The notes below the pieces were generated by a model that was not told the DNA's origin, searched no databases, and was given only the letters and a program-made list of their open reading frames with translations. From Chrysomallon squamiferum (Eukaryota > Animalia > Mollusca): 64,000 nt of DNA. The position numbers and the translations under genes are program-made. Positions 14,701-29,635 of this stretch are shown here, piece after piece (position 1 is the stretch's first letter; the number at the start of each line of letters is the position of its first letter). The stretch spans positions 2,604,001 through 2,668,000 of the forward strand of contig CM022668.1 of assembly GCA_012295275.1 (NCBI GenBank), given 5' to 3'.

Positions 14701-17476
14701 AAAGGGAAAATTTCCTTTCTGGAAAACTTCACTTAACAGGGTGGAAAGACAATCATGACTTTATGTGCCTTTTTATGAGCCTGGTCACAACTTTAATATT
14801 TCACTCTGAAATCTTCCAGATGCATGTTAAATTTTTAAATTCACTTTCTCAACAGACTGAGCACCCTAGCAGACATTAACTTTAAGTAATAAATATTTTG
14901 TTAAACGCTTTTAAAATAAATAATTGGTTGTTTGTGACAGAAAAAGGAAATCTGAAGATAATTAGATAAAGTCATCAGGTGCTTGCACTGTGAAATATTT
15001 TCTTTTAATGATGTGAAATAAATAATATATCTTTTATTTGGGTGTGGAAAAATGAACTTTTGTTATATCACAAAGCTATAAATTTGTTCTCTTTTCAAAC
15101 AGAAATTAAAAGTTGTAATAAAAGAAATATATTTCACTGGCTTAAATCTTTCTTTTTTTTTTCTTTTTTTTTGATATTTAATTTTAATTTAATTTCTTAT
15201 TTTATTTTATTTTTATTTTTATTTTTAGACATCTATCTGTATGTATATAATTATGTATATGCGTGCATATGTATGTACGTGTGTGTATATATGTATGAAT
15301 GTATGTATGTATCTGTATGTATGTGTGTGTGTATATATGTATGTATATATCATCACATTCTTAAGACTAACATCTATTAAAACTGTGTGTGTGTTTGTCA
15401 TCAATTGTTAAGCAGGTGATCAAAACCTAATTAACCATCTGTGTAAATAGAGAGTGATAGATGACATGAAGATGGTAGATATGTCAGTTATTGTACACAC
15501 AGTTTGTACAAATACTCTATAACTCTGGTGTATGTTACAGAACTACTTATTATAGCACTAACAAATTATATTTAACTAAATCAAACTGGTATGTATTCAT
15601 AATGAAACATAGGAGATGAACCATTCATTGTATCTGTATTTCCAGTGGTGACCTGTAAAGTTTTTCAGTTTTAGTGTTCTGTTTTCAAAAGTTATACTAG
15701 AAACACTCACACAGACAGACACATGGAGACACACCTACACAGACACAAAAAACACACTTGCAAACATATATACATATACAGATAGATGGATACATATATA
15801 CATAGATACATACATATGCTACAATAACATACACATGCAGACATCATATGCATACACTCATAATTATATACATAAGCTGAATAGTTATGAAGTTTCTGCT
15901 TTGGCTTTATACAAGTTTTAAAAAATATTTAGTTTAATGCAGATGAAATGTAACAATTACCTATTTTATTTTTTGCACTGGTAAAACAAAGACAGTTTTA
16001 GAAAACTGATCATTTTAATACATAATGACCAAGTATACTTTGTGAACTAATTAAACTGTAGATCATTGTAAAGAATGGACTGGTACAGAATGAATAGTTA
16101 TCTTTGTACTAGTTAAACTTTGGCCTGCTTAAAAAAGGTACTGGTTTCCTATGGACAATTCCTGATGTTAGAAATAAATGTCATTGAGAGAAACAGATCT
16201 TTCAAACCAACTGTGTTTAAAACAGTTTACAAAACAACTGTGTTAACAAACAGTTAACAATGAATGTGTTTATAAACACAGTACACAGCTAATTGTGTTT
16301 ATAATCTGACCTTATCTTGATCAAAATAAAGCATAATTTGATGTCAGCAGTCTTGCATGCTAGATTCAGAGAAACAGTTTAACATTCAAATTATGTGAAA
16401 AAGTTTTGTCGTAATTTTGCTTATTACTGTCATAAACTAACTTATGATGATGTTATTGTCAACAGCATCACTGGCAACACAGTTACTGCAACAGCACCAT
16501 TGACAACATTGTTATAGACAACAGCTTTGTGACAGCAACGTGGATGATGTCTTGCAGATGTCACTGTGGTGATGAAGTAGCTGTTGTGATATAAACTTTT
16601 GTTACTTGAACCTTTTCTCTTAACTTTGTTGTTGTCTGGTCAGTGGCTCAGTTCTGTGTTCAAATCCTGAAGGAAGAAAATATTTTTTTATTTTTTTTAT
16701 TTTTTTTTTAAACAAGTTTTGAAACTGTTTAACTAAAATTGTGAAATTATTTTTATGAAACTGTTCTAACCAGAAGCTGTGTGAATTTGGAATTTTATTA
16801 TTTTTTAGTAGTCTTTTAGTTCATATTTTCTTATTATTATTTTTGTTGTTGTTATTTATTTATTATTATTGTTTTAATATTTCAAGAGGGTTTAATTCTG
16901 TATTTCTAAACTGACATGGACTCTTATTTGAAAACAACAACAAAACATTTAAATTTTGTTTCTGAATTCTCAGAAGAAAAGAAAACAAAATGAAAATGGA
17001 CTCCTGTTTAAATAAAATGGTTGAATTCAGGTAATTTAAAATTTTCTTCAAACTGTCAGATGTCAAGGTGAAAGTAACTTTTCAGATTTTCTAGGAGATT
17101 GGAGATGACTTTTCTAGAAAAGAAAACTGAAGTGACTGTTTAAAAATTTTACATTTAAAGTCACCCCTGAAGGTGATTTTTTACACAGTTCAAAACAGTT
17201 GGTGATTTTCAACAGATTCTTTAACAGTTTTAAATTTGTGTAAAACCTGCAAGTCTGTCACTTGAAATTAAAGACTGTAAGGTGACTTTTAAAAGTGAGA
17301 TTTTCATAAAAATAAAACAAGGTTAGAGTTTGTAAAATGAACAGAAACTTGATGTTGGAAACACAGATGAAGGCCAGGGAAAGAGTGAGTGCTTTTCACC
17401 AGGTAAATCATTTCACAATGTTTTTATCTTCTGATGCATCAGTGTAGTAATATACTGTAACAGTTTTATTCCAGAG

Positions 17477-17564
<88 letters not shown>

Positions 17565-19070
17565 GTGTGTTTTACTCTATGTGTATGTGTCTGTGTATGT
17601 GTTTCAGTGTTTATATGTATGTGTGCATCTATTTGTAGATATGTCTGTGTGTGTGTGTTTCTGTGTATATGTCTATTATGGTTATGTGTATGGATGTATA
17701 TATATACTTGTTGACATTTAATCAAAACTTTATTCATTTAGAATGGGAAATTCATAGTTAGAATGGGATATTTATGGTTAGAATGGGATATTTATCTCAG
17801 TAGTAGAAACGCTTGTCTTATTGATGGTGGATTCTTTTTTCTCTTTATTTGTTTTTTTTCTTTTCCTTTTTTCTTTTCTTCCTCTTCTTTTTTGTTATAT
17901 TTTTATTATTTTTTTAATGGGGTATAATGAAGAACTGCTTAAAGCTTAAATAAATAAACAGATTTTAAAGTTAATTTTAAGCTTATACTGTACAAAAAAT
18001 GCGAAGATAAAACCTAATTGGAATCTGCAGACTGCTTACAATCCGATCAATAAGTAATTTAAAAAATAATAATAAAATTGAAAATAAAATTTCAAAAATA
18101 TCTATATATGTATATATATATATCATTTGTATTAGAACAATTTGTCTAGATTTTGACTTTTTTTATGTTTTGAGGATATTTTTATCATTTACGATGATTC
18201 AGTATATCTATAATGGGACAGTTTTATCTAACTGATAATAATAGTGTATTTTCTGGGCTCACAATGTTTTAAGATAAAGGTAAAACTTCTGAAATTGTTT
18301 AGAAAAAACTGCAGGTAAACATATTTTACCTTTTCTGGATCTGTCTGCTTACAAATTCTTCATCTTAAAAAACCAACAAAACAAAAATATTTGTTGAATC
18401 ACTTCTTTTTATTCCTCTGAAATCTTGATATAAAAAAAATCAAGATAAAAATATTTCTTTATAACATATTATGTAAGTCACAAAATTTATTTGTTTTACA
18501 GACATTTATAAAAAATATTGTGAAGTTTATTGTTGTGAACAAAGAAAAAGAAAAGAATTCATTAAAGCAGTTAATTGTTAAAATCAAACTGAGAAACTCT
18601 GGGATGTACTTGGTTTCAAATTTAAAATTTCTGCTGTCTTCAAACTATATTTTTTAGTTTTTCTTGGTTTTGGGGTGATTTTTATTATTATTGTTGTTTT
18701 TTTTGTTTTTTTTATTTAATTCTAATAAATTTTAGAAATTATTAGTTTAAAGAAAGAAAGAGAACAGTTATTTGTTTTCTGTACTTTATGTTTGGAAAAG
18801 GTTGTTGTATTTTACTTGTTAAGTTATTAAGAAATCGGTTACTTGGATTTATTAAAAACATAAACATGTTGACAGTATTAAAAAAAGAAGCAATTTCAGT
18901 TTATACATTGTAAAATTATTTTATTCTTTTTTTTTCATTACTGGCAAAAGCTGGCCTGAAGAATTTTAACATTTACTTGGATTTAGACAAATGTATTTTG
19001 TTTGTTTGTTTCATCATGCAAAAGAAATATGGAGTTGATTGTTTGTGCCAGATGAGAGCAAATCTTTAAC

Positions 19071-19584
19071 TTGAATGTATTCTACTTCAACACTGGCTCT
19101 TTAATTTGAATGTATTCTACTTCAACACTGACTCTTTAATTTCAATGTATTCTACTTCATTGCTGACTCTTTAATTTCAATGTATTCTACTTCAACACTG
19201 ACTCTTTAATTTGAATGTATTCTACTTCATTGCTGACTCTTTAATTTCAATGTATTCTACTTCAACACTGACTCTTTAATTTCAATGTATTCTACTTCAT
19301 TGAATGTTTTCTGTATTCTTCAACACTGACTCTTTAATTTGAATGTATTCTACTTCAACACTGACTCTTTAATTTGAATGTATTCTACTTCAACACTGAC
19401 TCTTTAATTTGAATGTAAATTCTACTTCAACACTGACTCTTTAATTTGAATGTATTCTACTTCAACACTGTCTCTTTAATTTGAATGTATTCTACTTCAA
19501 CACTGACTCTTTAATCTGAATGTATTCTACTTCAACACTGATTCTTTAATTTGAATGTAAATTCTACTTCAACACTGGCTCTTT
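19071..19584. repeat. 35-bp minisatellite TTGAATGTATTCTACTTCAACACTGACTCTTTAAT, ~14 copies
   Basis: Head-to-tail near-identical units with no spacers. Confidence 0.95.
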
Positions 19585-20352
19585 AACTCATACAAGTACA
19601 AAACAAATGTCTTGTATTTCTGATCTGACATTTTTTATCTGCCTGCTGCCCGAATGCGCAGTTTATAAGTGGATCGAGATAAACTGCGCTGCAGACGGAG
19701 CAGATGGAGCTGCAGGAGGAATTTACAGCAGACACGAATGTCAGGCGGACTGAGCAAAAATACACCATTAACTCACACCCCACACCCAGCCCCTATCATG
19801 TTGTTTTGTTTACGTGTTTAGATAATTCGGTTTATGTTACAAGAATTAATAATTAGATGGAAAGTGGATTGCATTAGTTTGCCTTTTTTTTTTTGTTAAC
19901 AAATTTTTATAGATTTGTGCTGTTATCAAACTGAAAATTTAATTTAAGAAATTAATTTTTATTTTTTTTAATTACTTTTAAGTATTATTATTATTATTAT
20001 TATGATTATTATTATGGTTATTATTATTATTATGGTTATTATTATTATTATTATTATTGTTATCATTATTATTATTATTATTATTATGACTACTACTACT
20101 ACTATTTTATTTTTACTATCAAAAACAATCAGAAACATAAAAAAATTAAATTCTTTTAAGAACATTTTTTACATTTTTAATTAAAGAATGGTGTATTCTT
20201 GAATTTTACATATTCATAGCAAAAAGCTGTTTCACATGTTACATATTATAATTTGCTTAATCCTTTTAATCTGGCTTGTGTAATGTGACCCCAGTTTTAA
20301 TGTTATTTATTTATTTTGTGTCTGTTTATTTACTTTCTTGTTTGTTTGTTTG

Positions 20353-20384
<32 letters not shown>

Positions 20385-20478
20385 TTTCTTTATTTACTTC
20401 TATATTAATTTGTTTAATACATTTTTTGGATTGCATTGTTTTTCTCTTGCCCCCTTTTCAGTGTCTACCATTTCACTC

Positions 20479-20546
<68 letters not shown>

Positions 20547-20638
20547 ATATATCTCTCTCTTTCTCTTTCTCTTTCTCTCTGTCTCTTTCTTTCTCTTTCT
20601 ATCTAACTCTCTATCTTTATCTATCTATCTCTCTATTA

Positions 20639-20727
<89 letters not shown>

Positions 20728-21352
20728 TGTCTGTCTCTATCTACATCTTTCTCTAAGTCATTAGCTAAACACAACTACTTGTGGCAAGTGGTGAAAGGCC
20801 ACTGATATAAAATTATTTGTGCTGCTGAAACCCAATCTGCTTCGTCCCAGCTTGCTTGTGTAACACAGAGACTTTCCCTGATAAAACCTCCATCCTCTCC
20901 ACTTTACACCTTCCTGCTCCACTGCACAGCCACACTTTATTAACTTCATTTCAGGAGAGTTTCCCTGGTAGCCACATTTCATTGGTTGATGGGTTTTCTT
21001 GTGCAGACGCAAGCCAGATAGTTTTTTTTTTACGTTTTTTTTTTGTTTTCATTATTTTGTAGTCAGAACAGTAAGCTGGTCTTTATCACAAACTGATTGA
21101 GTTTGAAAATTCACTTTTTAAAATTATATTACAGACGTGTTTTTGAAACATATCACTCTGCTTTTTAATTATTTTTTGTTTTTGTTTTTAAATAACCATA
21201 GAGAGAGAAAAAAAACAATGTTTAAAAAGGTTAATAGGAAAGATGGAAAAAAATTACCAAAAGTAATTTTGAAATGGAGCCAAAAATCAGTAGAAGTTTT
21301 GTTATTAAAGTTCAAAAGTTTATTAAAGTTTTATTGAGATTATAAAATAATG

Positions 21353-21391
<39 letters not shown>

Positions 21392-21767
21392 GTAATAATT
21401 ATTATTATTATTATTATTATTATTATTGTTGTTGTTATTATTATTATTATTACTGCTGAAGTAATGAAATTAACTAAATCAGTTATTTGAAAAGTTGTTT
21501 TGATAACAGTAGTTAATAATATTTATTTATTTATTTTCTATTTTATTTATCTGTTTATTTATTTATTTTATTTATTTCTGTATTTCTGTATTTATTTATG
21601 TTTATTTATTTAATTATATAACAATATTTATTTATAGTTATTTTCCAGTTTTTTTGTATTTACTTACTTTTCTGTGTAAATTCTTAATTTATTTTAGTTT
21701 TCAAAGACATACTTTCACTAAGAAATCTGATTGGTAGACTGAGAACAAACCCATAAACATCACTACA

Positions 21768-21781
21768 GTAACCATGGCAAC
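21768..21781. promoter_or_regulatory. RFX X-box GTAACCATGGCAAC with nearby reverse CCAAT box (CTGATTGG, 21727-21734)
   Basis: Exact X-box consensus match, about 35 bp from an NF-Y-type site. Confidence 0.5.
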
Positions 21782-22134
21782 ATAATTAGAAAGTTATTTC
21801 CCTTCCTTTTTTTTACTTTTTTTTTTTTTTTTTTTTTTTTTCTTCTTCTTTTTTCCCCCCCAGCTGCTCATGTACCAGTTATTTTATTTACAGTTTGTTT
21901 TATGCCATCTGTAGACTGTTCAAAGAAAAGCGATTTACCTGCATACCTGTGGTACAGCACACCTGTGTACAGGTAAATTATACCTGGCTCACACAGATCA
22001 GACATCTATATATATATTTCTCTTGTGCTTTGGGGAAAACCAAAAAAAAAATTCTGATAGCTTAACCAGAACATCATATGATACTAAGCAACAGTTAAAA
22101 GATATTTATCTATACTTCAGTCTGTACATATCTG

Positions 22135-22185
<51 letters not shown>

Positions 22186-22584
22186 ATATATATATATACC
22201 TGTAAGTATATCTATCTATCGTATATATATATATATATATAGGAGATAGATGGATTATATATATGAAATATTTTATTTATAGTTGTATTTTCTTAACACA
22301 TTTGTATATCTCCTTTTCACCTGCTTCTTTCTTTCTTTTACTTTCCAGTTTTTAACTCCATCTTTCACTCATTTTCTTTTCCTGTCTGTATTTTGTTTCA
22401 CATTCCTCTTTTGATATAGTTCTTTTTTATTCTTTCAATCTTTCATTCTTTTTCTTTTTCTATCTCTCATTCTCCTTTTTCTGTCTCTCTCCCTCTCTCT
22501 TTAGCACTCTCTCTTTTTCTTTTTCCTTTCTTTCTCTCTCTTTTTTCTCTTTCTCATTATCTCTGTTTCTGGTGCTCTTTTTTG

Positions 22585-22667
<83 letters not shown>

Positions 22668-23285
22668 CCAACACTTAAATTGGTTCTGTTAGTTGTTATG
22701 ACAGCGTAATTCTGTGAGTAAAAACTCTTTGATTACTGATAGCGCTAACACCTGTTTGACAAATTTACACTTGAAAATGAAGAACTCACTTTTCTGAAAA
22801 TAACTCACAAGAAAGAACATTGCTCAAATTACCTGTGATGTTCTGTCTACTTGTACACGATCAGAAAAAAACTCTGCAGAGATAATTTGGAGAAAAAAAA
22901 TAAAGTAAAGATAAAAAAATAAAAATAATAAAGAAAAAAAATAATTGTTTTAAAGAAGAAAAAAGTTTTGCATCTTTATTATCCTCTGAATTAGAAATTA
23001 ATGAATTTATATATATTTTTTTAATATATTATTATTATTATTATTTTTTTTTTTGAATTTCAGGATCCAAGGATGAAAAATTCCAAATCATATTTAAATA
23101 TCTTGAATTAAACATGCACACAGAACTGGAAAATGTGAAAAAATCAATAATTAAAATAAATTTGAAAAAATCAAACATTTTTTAAAACAAAATTTGTAAA
23201 CAACTTATAAATACTTTTTAAAATAAAATATAAAGTTAAAATGATTGTTATCATCATTGTTATTTAAAACTCTTAGTCAGTATAA

Positions 23286-23322
<37 letters not shown>

Positions 23323-24048
23323 CTGAATTTGAACATTAAGTATTTGTCTAAATTTGTGAAATTGTATTTTAAAAATATTTCCTTTGAACTGAAGATTTGC
23401 TTCAAAGGATTTATTAAAAATGTTTATCTGAAAATACCTGAAAGAGTGTATTAAATAAATCTTTCAGATTTAATGTATAAAATTATTTGTATTGACTATT
23501 TGTAAAATAACCACTTCCCTGAATTTATTTATTTAAAACACTTATTTTAATTTATTTATTAAAACTGCTTACATAAATTTATTTATCAATGTATAAATAT
23601 ATATATATATGTAAATCGGCTTAATTAAAATTTTATCTGAATTTGTATGTTAAAAATATTATTCAGAATTTATTTAAAATTTGTGTATAAGCCTATCTAC
23701 ATCAATTTGCATTTTAGAAAATTCCAAATAAAATTAAATGTTAAAAATATTCACCTGAATTTATATATTTACACATCAGACAGAATTTGTGTATTACCAT
23801 ATTTATCTAATCATGTGTATTGTAAAAACGTTACCTGGATTTACCTATAATGAGGTAGGTAATTAGAAAATGCAGACAGCAGTTGAAAATTTACTACAAA
23901 CCATTATCTCGTTATTTCACCTTGAATTTCCATTAAACATGAAGTGAAATCTGGACAGGTGCAGTCTCAGGTAGACAGAAATAAAAATAGTCTCGTGTGT
24001 CAGTCCAACTGAAAATCTCACCCATTTCATTTAATTTATTATTATTAA

Positions 24049-24329
24049 TATCATCATCATCATCATTATCATCATCATTATCAGCATCATCATCATCATC
24101 ATCATCATAATCATCATCATTATCATTATCATCATCATCATCATCATTATCATCATCATAATTATCATCATTATCATCATCATAATCATCATAATCATCA
24201 TCATCATCATCATCATCATCATTATCATTATTATCATCATCATCATCATTATCATTATCATCATCATCATAATCATCATCATTATCATCATCATCATCAT
24301 TATCATCATCATCATCATCATTATCATCA
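24049..24329. repeat. (ATC)n trinucleotide microsatellite
   Basis: Direct inspection; it produces the poly-Met ORF artefact. Confidence 0.95.
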
Positions 24330-25549
24330 CGTTACCACTTTATTTTTTGTCTGGTTTCGTTATCTTTGAAAATACCAAACTAAGATTATAAGAAGAAAAA
24401 ATAAATAAAAGGAGCAAAAAATGAGAATTTTTATTTGTTTATCTTTCACTTTCTCTCTCTCTTTTCTTTCCTCATCATTCTTCTTTATTTTCTTTTTCCT
24501 CATCATTCGTCTTTATTTTCTTTTTCTCTTTCTTTTCTTCTTGGTTTATCTTATTTTCTTTTTCTTATTTTCTTTTTTCTTTTATTCTTAATTCTATTTT
24601 CTCCTCCTTGTTATATTCCCTTGTCAATGTTTTTTCTTACATTTTAAGATGGGTTTTTTTTTTTTATTTATTATCAGTTTTTTAATATTGATATGCTGGT
24701 ATAAATAAGAAAAATAACTCAAAGTTAAGAATCAGATGCTAACAAGTAAGGATGCCTGGTGTAAAAGATAAAAGTAAATAATTCAGTATTTTTCAATTCC
24801 AGCTTCACCTATATCTTTCAGAGAGTATATAAAAAAAAAACACCAAAATCTGGTGCATGTTTTTTGTATGTCTGATACTGCAAGTTATTTAAATCAAATA
24901 TTGTTATTTCATTTGTGAAAACTAGCTGTAGGGCATTTGTAAACTCACAGAGAAAGAATGCACAAAAAAAGTCATCATTATTTTCATGCGATTTCCTTTA
25001 TTTTGAGTTATTGGTTGTGAATGTTAATGATGACATTTTGAAAACAATTTGCATACATTACACTAACTCATCCTGTGTGTTTTAACCTTTACAGAGAATA
25101 ATCTGCATTCGTAATGTTACCTGACAAATTTTATTTGTTAACTAAACTGTAGTCTGAATTATCCAGTATTTTATTTTTATTTTTATTTTTATTTTATTTT
25201 AATTTTTGATAACTAGTAACATGTATTTCATAATAAACTTAATATTTTTTTTGTCCAGAATTTTATCTCATTTTATGACCAGCAAAATGTCAAATGTTAA
25301 GAATCCTTTCATCAATATTATTTAGTTTTAATTCTTTTTAAATTAATGTTATAAATAAGGATGTGAAACTTTTCATCACTTTAAAATTATTTTTACTACT
25401 GTTAAACAGTAAACTTTATTTGCTCTTTAATTAGATCACATCTGAAAATCTTCAAACTTGATTCTTAGTAGAACTGTTTTTGAACTGTACAACTTAGCAT
25501 AACTGTAAACCTCTAAAGCTCAGCAGAACTGTTTTATAGACTTTATACT

Positions 25550-26190
25550 TAGAAGAACTGTTTGTACACTTTGTACTAAGTAGAACTGTTTGTAAACTGT
25601 ACAACTAGGTAGAACTGTTTGTAAACTAGGTAGAACTGTTGTAAACTGTACAACTAGGTGGAACTGTTTGTAAACTGTACAACCAGGTAGAACTGTTTGT
25701 AAACTGTACAGCCAGGTAGAGCTGTTTGTAAACTGTACAACCAGGTAGAACTGTTTGTAAACTGTACAGCCAGGTAGAGCTGTTTGTAAACTAAGTAAAA
25801 CTGTTTGTAAACTGTACAACCAGGTGGAACTGTTTGTAAACTGTACAACCAGGTAGAACTGTTTGTAAACTGTACAGCCAGATAAAACTGTTTGTAAACT
25901 GTACAACTAGGTAGAACTGTTTGTAAACTGTACAACTAGGTAGAACTGTTTGCAAACTGTACAACTAGGTAGAACTGTTTGCAAACTGTACAACCAGGTA
26001 GAACTGTTTGTAAACTGTACAACCAGGTAAACCTGTTTGTAAACTGTACAACCAGGTAGAACTGTTTGTAAACTGTACAACTAGGTAAAACTGTTTGCAA
26101 ACTGTACAACCAGGTAGAACTGTTTGTAAACTGTACAACCAGGTAGAACTGTTTGTAAACTGTACAACCAGGTAGAACTGTGTGTAAACC
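25550..26190. repeat. 29-bp minisatellite AACTGTTTGTAAACTGTACAACCAGGTAG, ~21 copies
   Basis: Period 29 (e.g. tagaac at 25581 and 25610). Confidence 0.95.
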
Positions 26191-26219
26191 CTACGACTAG
26201 AACTGACAACCTGTGACTG

Positions 26220-26590
26220 GTAGCCAGTACCTGGTCAGAGAGGCCTTCACCTGGCAGCTATTATTTATACCTGGCAGTGGAAGTGAGCCACTGTGCTTGA
26301 AGAGACTCACACTGAACTGTTCAGCAGCCGGCGCAATACGGAACCGTATTTCACCACTGCCTGTGAGCTAACTTCTCTACTCCATACCCATCTGTCAATG
26401 TCACAGCGAAAACTGCAGTGGTAGCAGCAGTCTGCAGCCGTGCTCGTTGCTTGGTGGGTGTACACGAGGAAGCTCAAGTCTCAAACACTGTTGGTGTGTG
26501 CTGCCCCCTAGTGACAGATAAAATGATAAACAAGAGTGGATGACGAATGACGAACATCATCAAGGAGAAGTGATGAAGCTGAATGAGTTG

Positions 26591-26621
<31 letters not shown>

Positions 26622-26707
26622 GGAATATCTGATGTGGATTAGATGCTGATGTAGTAGTAATGACGTAGTTGACATCGTGACCAAGCACTAGATACCCTTC
26701 CTGCACC
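26220..26707 (+). promoter_or_regulatory. Putative internal promoter/5'UTR of the 26708 exon
   Basis: Local GC and CpG enrichment, palindrome AATACGG-AA-CCGTATT (26335-26350), CTCF-like motif at 26501-26514, (GAT)n tract near 26591-26620. Confidence 0.5.
26501..26514 (-). promoter_or_regulatory. CTCF-binding motif (TCACTAGGGGGCAG on minus strand)
   Basis: 13/14 match to the CTCF core consensus CCASYAGRKGGCRS. Confidence 0.55.
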
Positions 26708-26911
26708 ATGTTGAAGTTTGTTCACACTAAACCGCCGAAAGGAAAAAATTATGGAACCTACCCTCAGGATAGTTACCCCGCCCAGGACCCGCCTTCCCCC
26801 TGGGGCAGACCACCATCGAGTGGAGAGAGAGCACCGACAAGTGGAGCCAGGGTTTCGTTTGCAGACACACGGACGGAACAGACAGGACGGAAATCTTTTA
26901 ACACTTCTAAT
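26708..26911 (+). CDS. Putative alternative first coding exon (Pro/Ser/Arg-rich disordered N-terminus MLKFVHTKPPKGKNYGTYPQDSYPAQDPPSPWGRPPSS...RVSFAD...SFNTSN)
   Basis: Context gcaccATG; GC/CpG-rich non-repetitive ORF with an abrupt switch to AT-rich sequence after ~26940. Donor AAT|GTAGGT at 26912 (phase 0), or alternatively TAG|GTGAAT at 26916 (phase 1). Upstream CpG-retaining promoter-like region. Confidence 0.65.
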
Positions 26912-27764
26912 GTAGGTGAATCAGTCAGTTTCATCAAAGTCTAATTTAATTTCTCTTGATTACTTCAATTTAATTTTTCAGTTGATTTTTTTTAATTTAA
27001 TTTTTCAGTTGATTTTTTAATTTAATAATTTTAATTTAACATCCTATAGTAAGAAATTTATTTTTTTAATTTAATTTTATTTTATTATCCTTTTTATATT
27101 TTCATTTAATTTTTTTATTATTTTTTATTTTTGTGTGTTTGTGTGTGTGTGTGTGTGTGTATGTGAAACAGTTTATACAAAATAAGATCCAGAAATATCG
27201 AAACACAGTCATTGTTATCATCATCATCATCATCATATAGTCATCATCATTATTGACATCATTTTATTATTATTATTATTAATATTATTATTGTTATTAT
27301 TGTTCATCATTATTATTATTATTATTATCTTATCTTTCTTGTTACCATTAACATTAACATTATTATTATTATTACTTTTATTATTATTACCTTTATCATT
27401 AACATTATTATTACTATTACCTTTATCATTAACATTATTATTACTATTACCTTTATCATTAACATTATAATTATTATTATTATTATTATTACTATTATTA
27501 TGATTATGATTATTATTTGTAATAAAATGCACTAAAATATATACACTGATGTAAGTTATGGCATTTGTGTTATTCTAAGTGTTTTTAAACAGATATATAT
27601 AGAAAGTTTTAAACATAATTAGAGTATGGAGATGAATTCAGGTTACAGGTAAATTTAGACAATCTGCGAGATGCCAGTAGAACATGGGGGGGTTCTGGGG
27701 GGAGGATATTACAAAACTATTTCATTTTGTTTTAGAACTGAATTACTTATTTTATTTTATTTAC

Positions 27765-27803
<39 letters not shown>

Positions 27804-27842
27804 TTATTTTTATTATTATTATTGTTATTATTATTATTATTA

Positions 27843-27904
<62 letters not shown>

Positions 27905-28324
27905 GTTATTGTTATTATTATTATTATTATTATTTATGAATCAGTATAGTGAATAACCATAGTTTTTATTTATTTATTTATTTATTTTTTTATTTATTTA
28001 TTTACTTATTTTTACCAAATTTGCAGTATGTTTAATTTCAGGAATTTAAATAAACACTGTGAATTCCTGAACATTTTTTTGAAACCCATAAAAAATAAAT
28101 ATGCATTTCTCTTAATTTCTACGTTATGTTTTTTTTTTCACTTCTAAAAATCAGAATACAGAATATACAGAGTGCTTGTTTTCAGGCTGCTTGAACAGTT
28201 GTAATCTGATTTGCAGTGTGTTTTATTTTGAGATTTTTCTTTTTTCCAGTCATAATAATGAATTAGCAGAGGTTGTTTTTTTTTTTTTTTTTTTTTTTTG
28301 ATGGGTTTTTCTAACAATGATGTT

Positions 28325-28885
28325 AATGAATTTGCAGTGTGTTATATCTCAGGGTTTTTTATAAGAATTATTTCGAATTTCAGTGTGTTACATTTCTAGT
28401 TTTTTCTAAGAATTATTCTGAATTTCAGTGTGTTATATCTCTGGTTTTTTTCTAAGAATTATTTCGAATTTCAGTGTGTTATATTTCTAGTTTTTTCTAA
28501 GAATTATTTCGAATTTCAGTGTGTTATATTTCTAGTTTTTTCTAAGAATTATTCTGAATTTCAGTGTGTTATATTTCCTAGTTTTTTCTAAGAATTATTC
28601 CGAATTTCAGTGTGTTATATTTCTAGTTTTTTCTAAGAATTATTCCGAATTTCAGTGTGTTATATTTCTAGGTTTTTCTAAGAATCGTGATAATGAATTT
28701 GCTGTGTTTTTTATTTTCTAGCTTTTTCTAAGAATAATAAAAACTGAATTTTTAGCATGTTATATTTCTTGGTTTGTCTCAGAATTTTTATACTGAAATT
28801 TGCACCAAATTATTTCCAAAATTTTTTTTTGTTTTCTAAGAAATCGTGATAATGAATTTGCACTGTGTTTAATTTCTAGGTTTTT
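28325..28885. repeat. 45-bp minisatellite GAATTTCAGTGTGTTATATTTCTAGTTTTTTCTAAGAATTATTCC, ~8 good copies plus degenerate ones
   Basis: Period 45 (28602 and 28647). Confidence 0.9.
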
Positions 28886-29222
28886 TCGAGAATTCTGTCT
28901 TGTGATTGTTGCGGAGATGTGAGTAAATAAAAGTCAATAAAAATATTTTATCTGTGTTCTAACACACGTATCCCACACCTTAGCTCCCATACACCTGTGT
29001 AGCTGTGTATGTATTTCATACACAAGAGATAGGATGTCATGTATATGTATTTTCAAGTATGTTAGTATGATCATAATATATATATATGTATTTATATACA
29101 CAGGTAATAGGATGTTAATGTATGTGTGTATTTTCAAGACTCAGTATGTATATTATGTTTGTATGTATGTATGTGTATATAGATATAGATATTATATATG
29201 TATGTATGTATATATGTATGTA

Positions 29223-29265
<43 letters not shown>

Positions 29266-29304
29266 ATATGTATGCATATATGTATGTATGTATGTATGTA
29301 TGAA

Positions 29305-29335
<31 letters not shown>

Positions 29336-29601
29336 ATGTATGTGTGTGTCTGTATGTATGTATGTGTGTATATGTATGTATGTATGTATGTATGCATGTA
29401 TGTATATATATTCTAGCATATACTGTGTCTTGTAAAATCATGTGACCTGTAAATATATATATATATATATTCTAGTTTTGTGTCTGTGTTCAGTGTGTTC
29501 AGTGTTAGAATCCATGTTTTGTGTTCATTTCTTAACAAGCAATGTTAATGTGTTTAATTAACATGATTAATTGCATTTTGAAGTTCATACTTACTTCAAT
29601 G

Positions 29602-29635
<34 letters not shown>

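Noticed and set aside
19071-19584. 35-bp repeats as a CRISPR array (also the 29-, 30-, 34- and 39-bp arrays)
   Set aside because: Units are head-to-tail with no unique spacers, there are no cas genes, and the context is a eukaryotic intron.
24031-24330. Poly-Met ORF
   Set aside because: It is an (ATC)n microsatellite read on the minus strand.
25095-25116. cag|AGAATAATCTGCATTC|gtaatg as the missing last C1 exon (RIIC)
   Set aside because: Wrong Cys spacing, weak donor and a 16-nt length.
25550-26190. CAGGTAG copies as Zelda/TAGteam sites
   Set aside because: Zelda is restricted to pancrustaceans and the taxon is not established; the copies simply come from the repeat unit.
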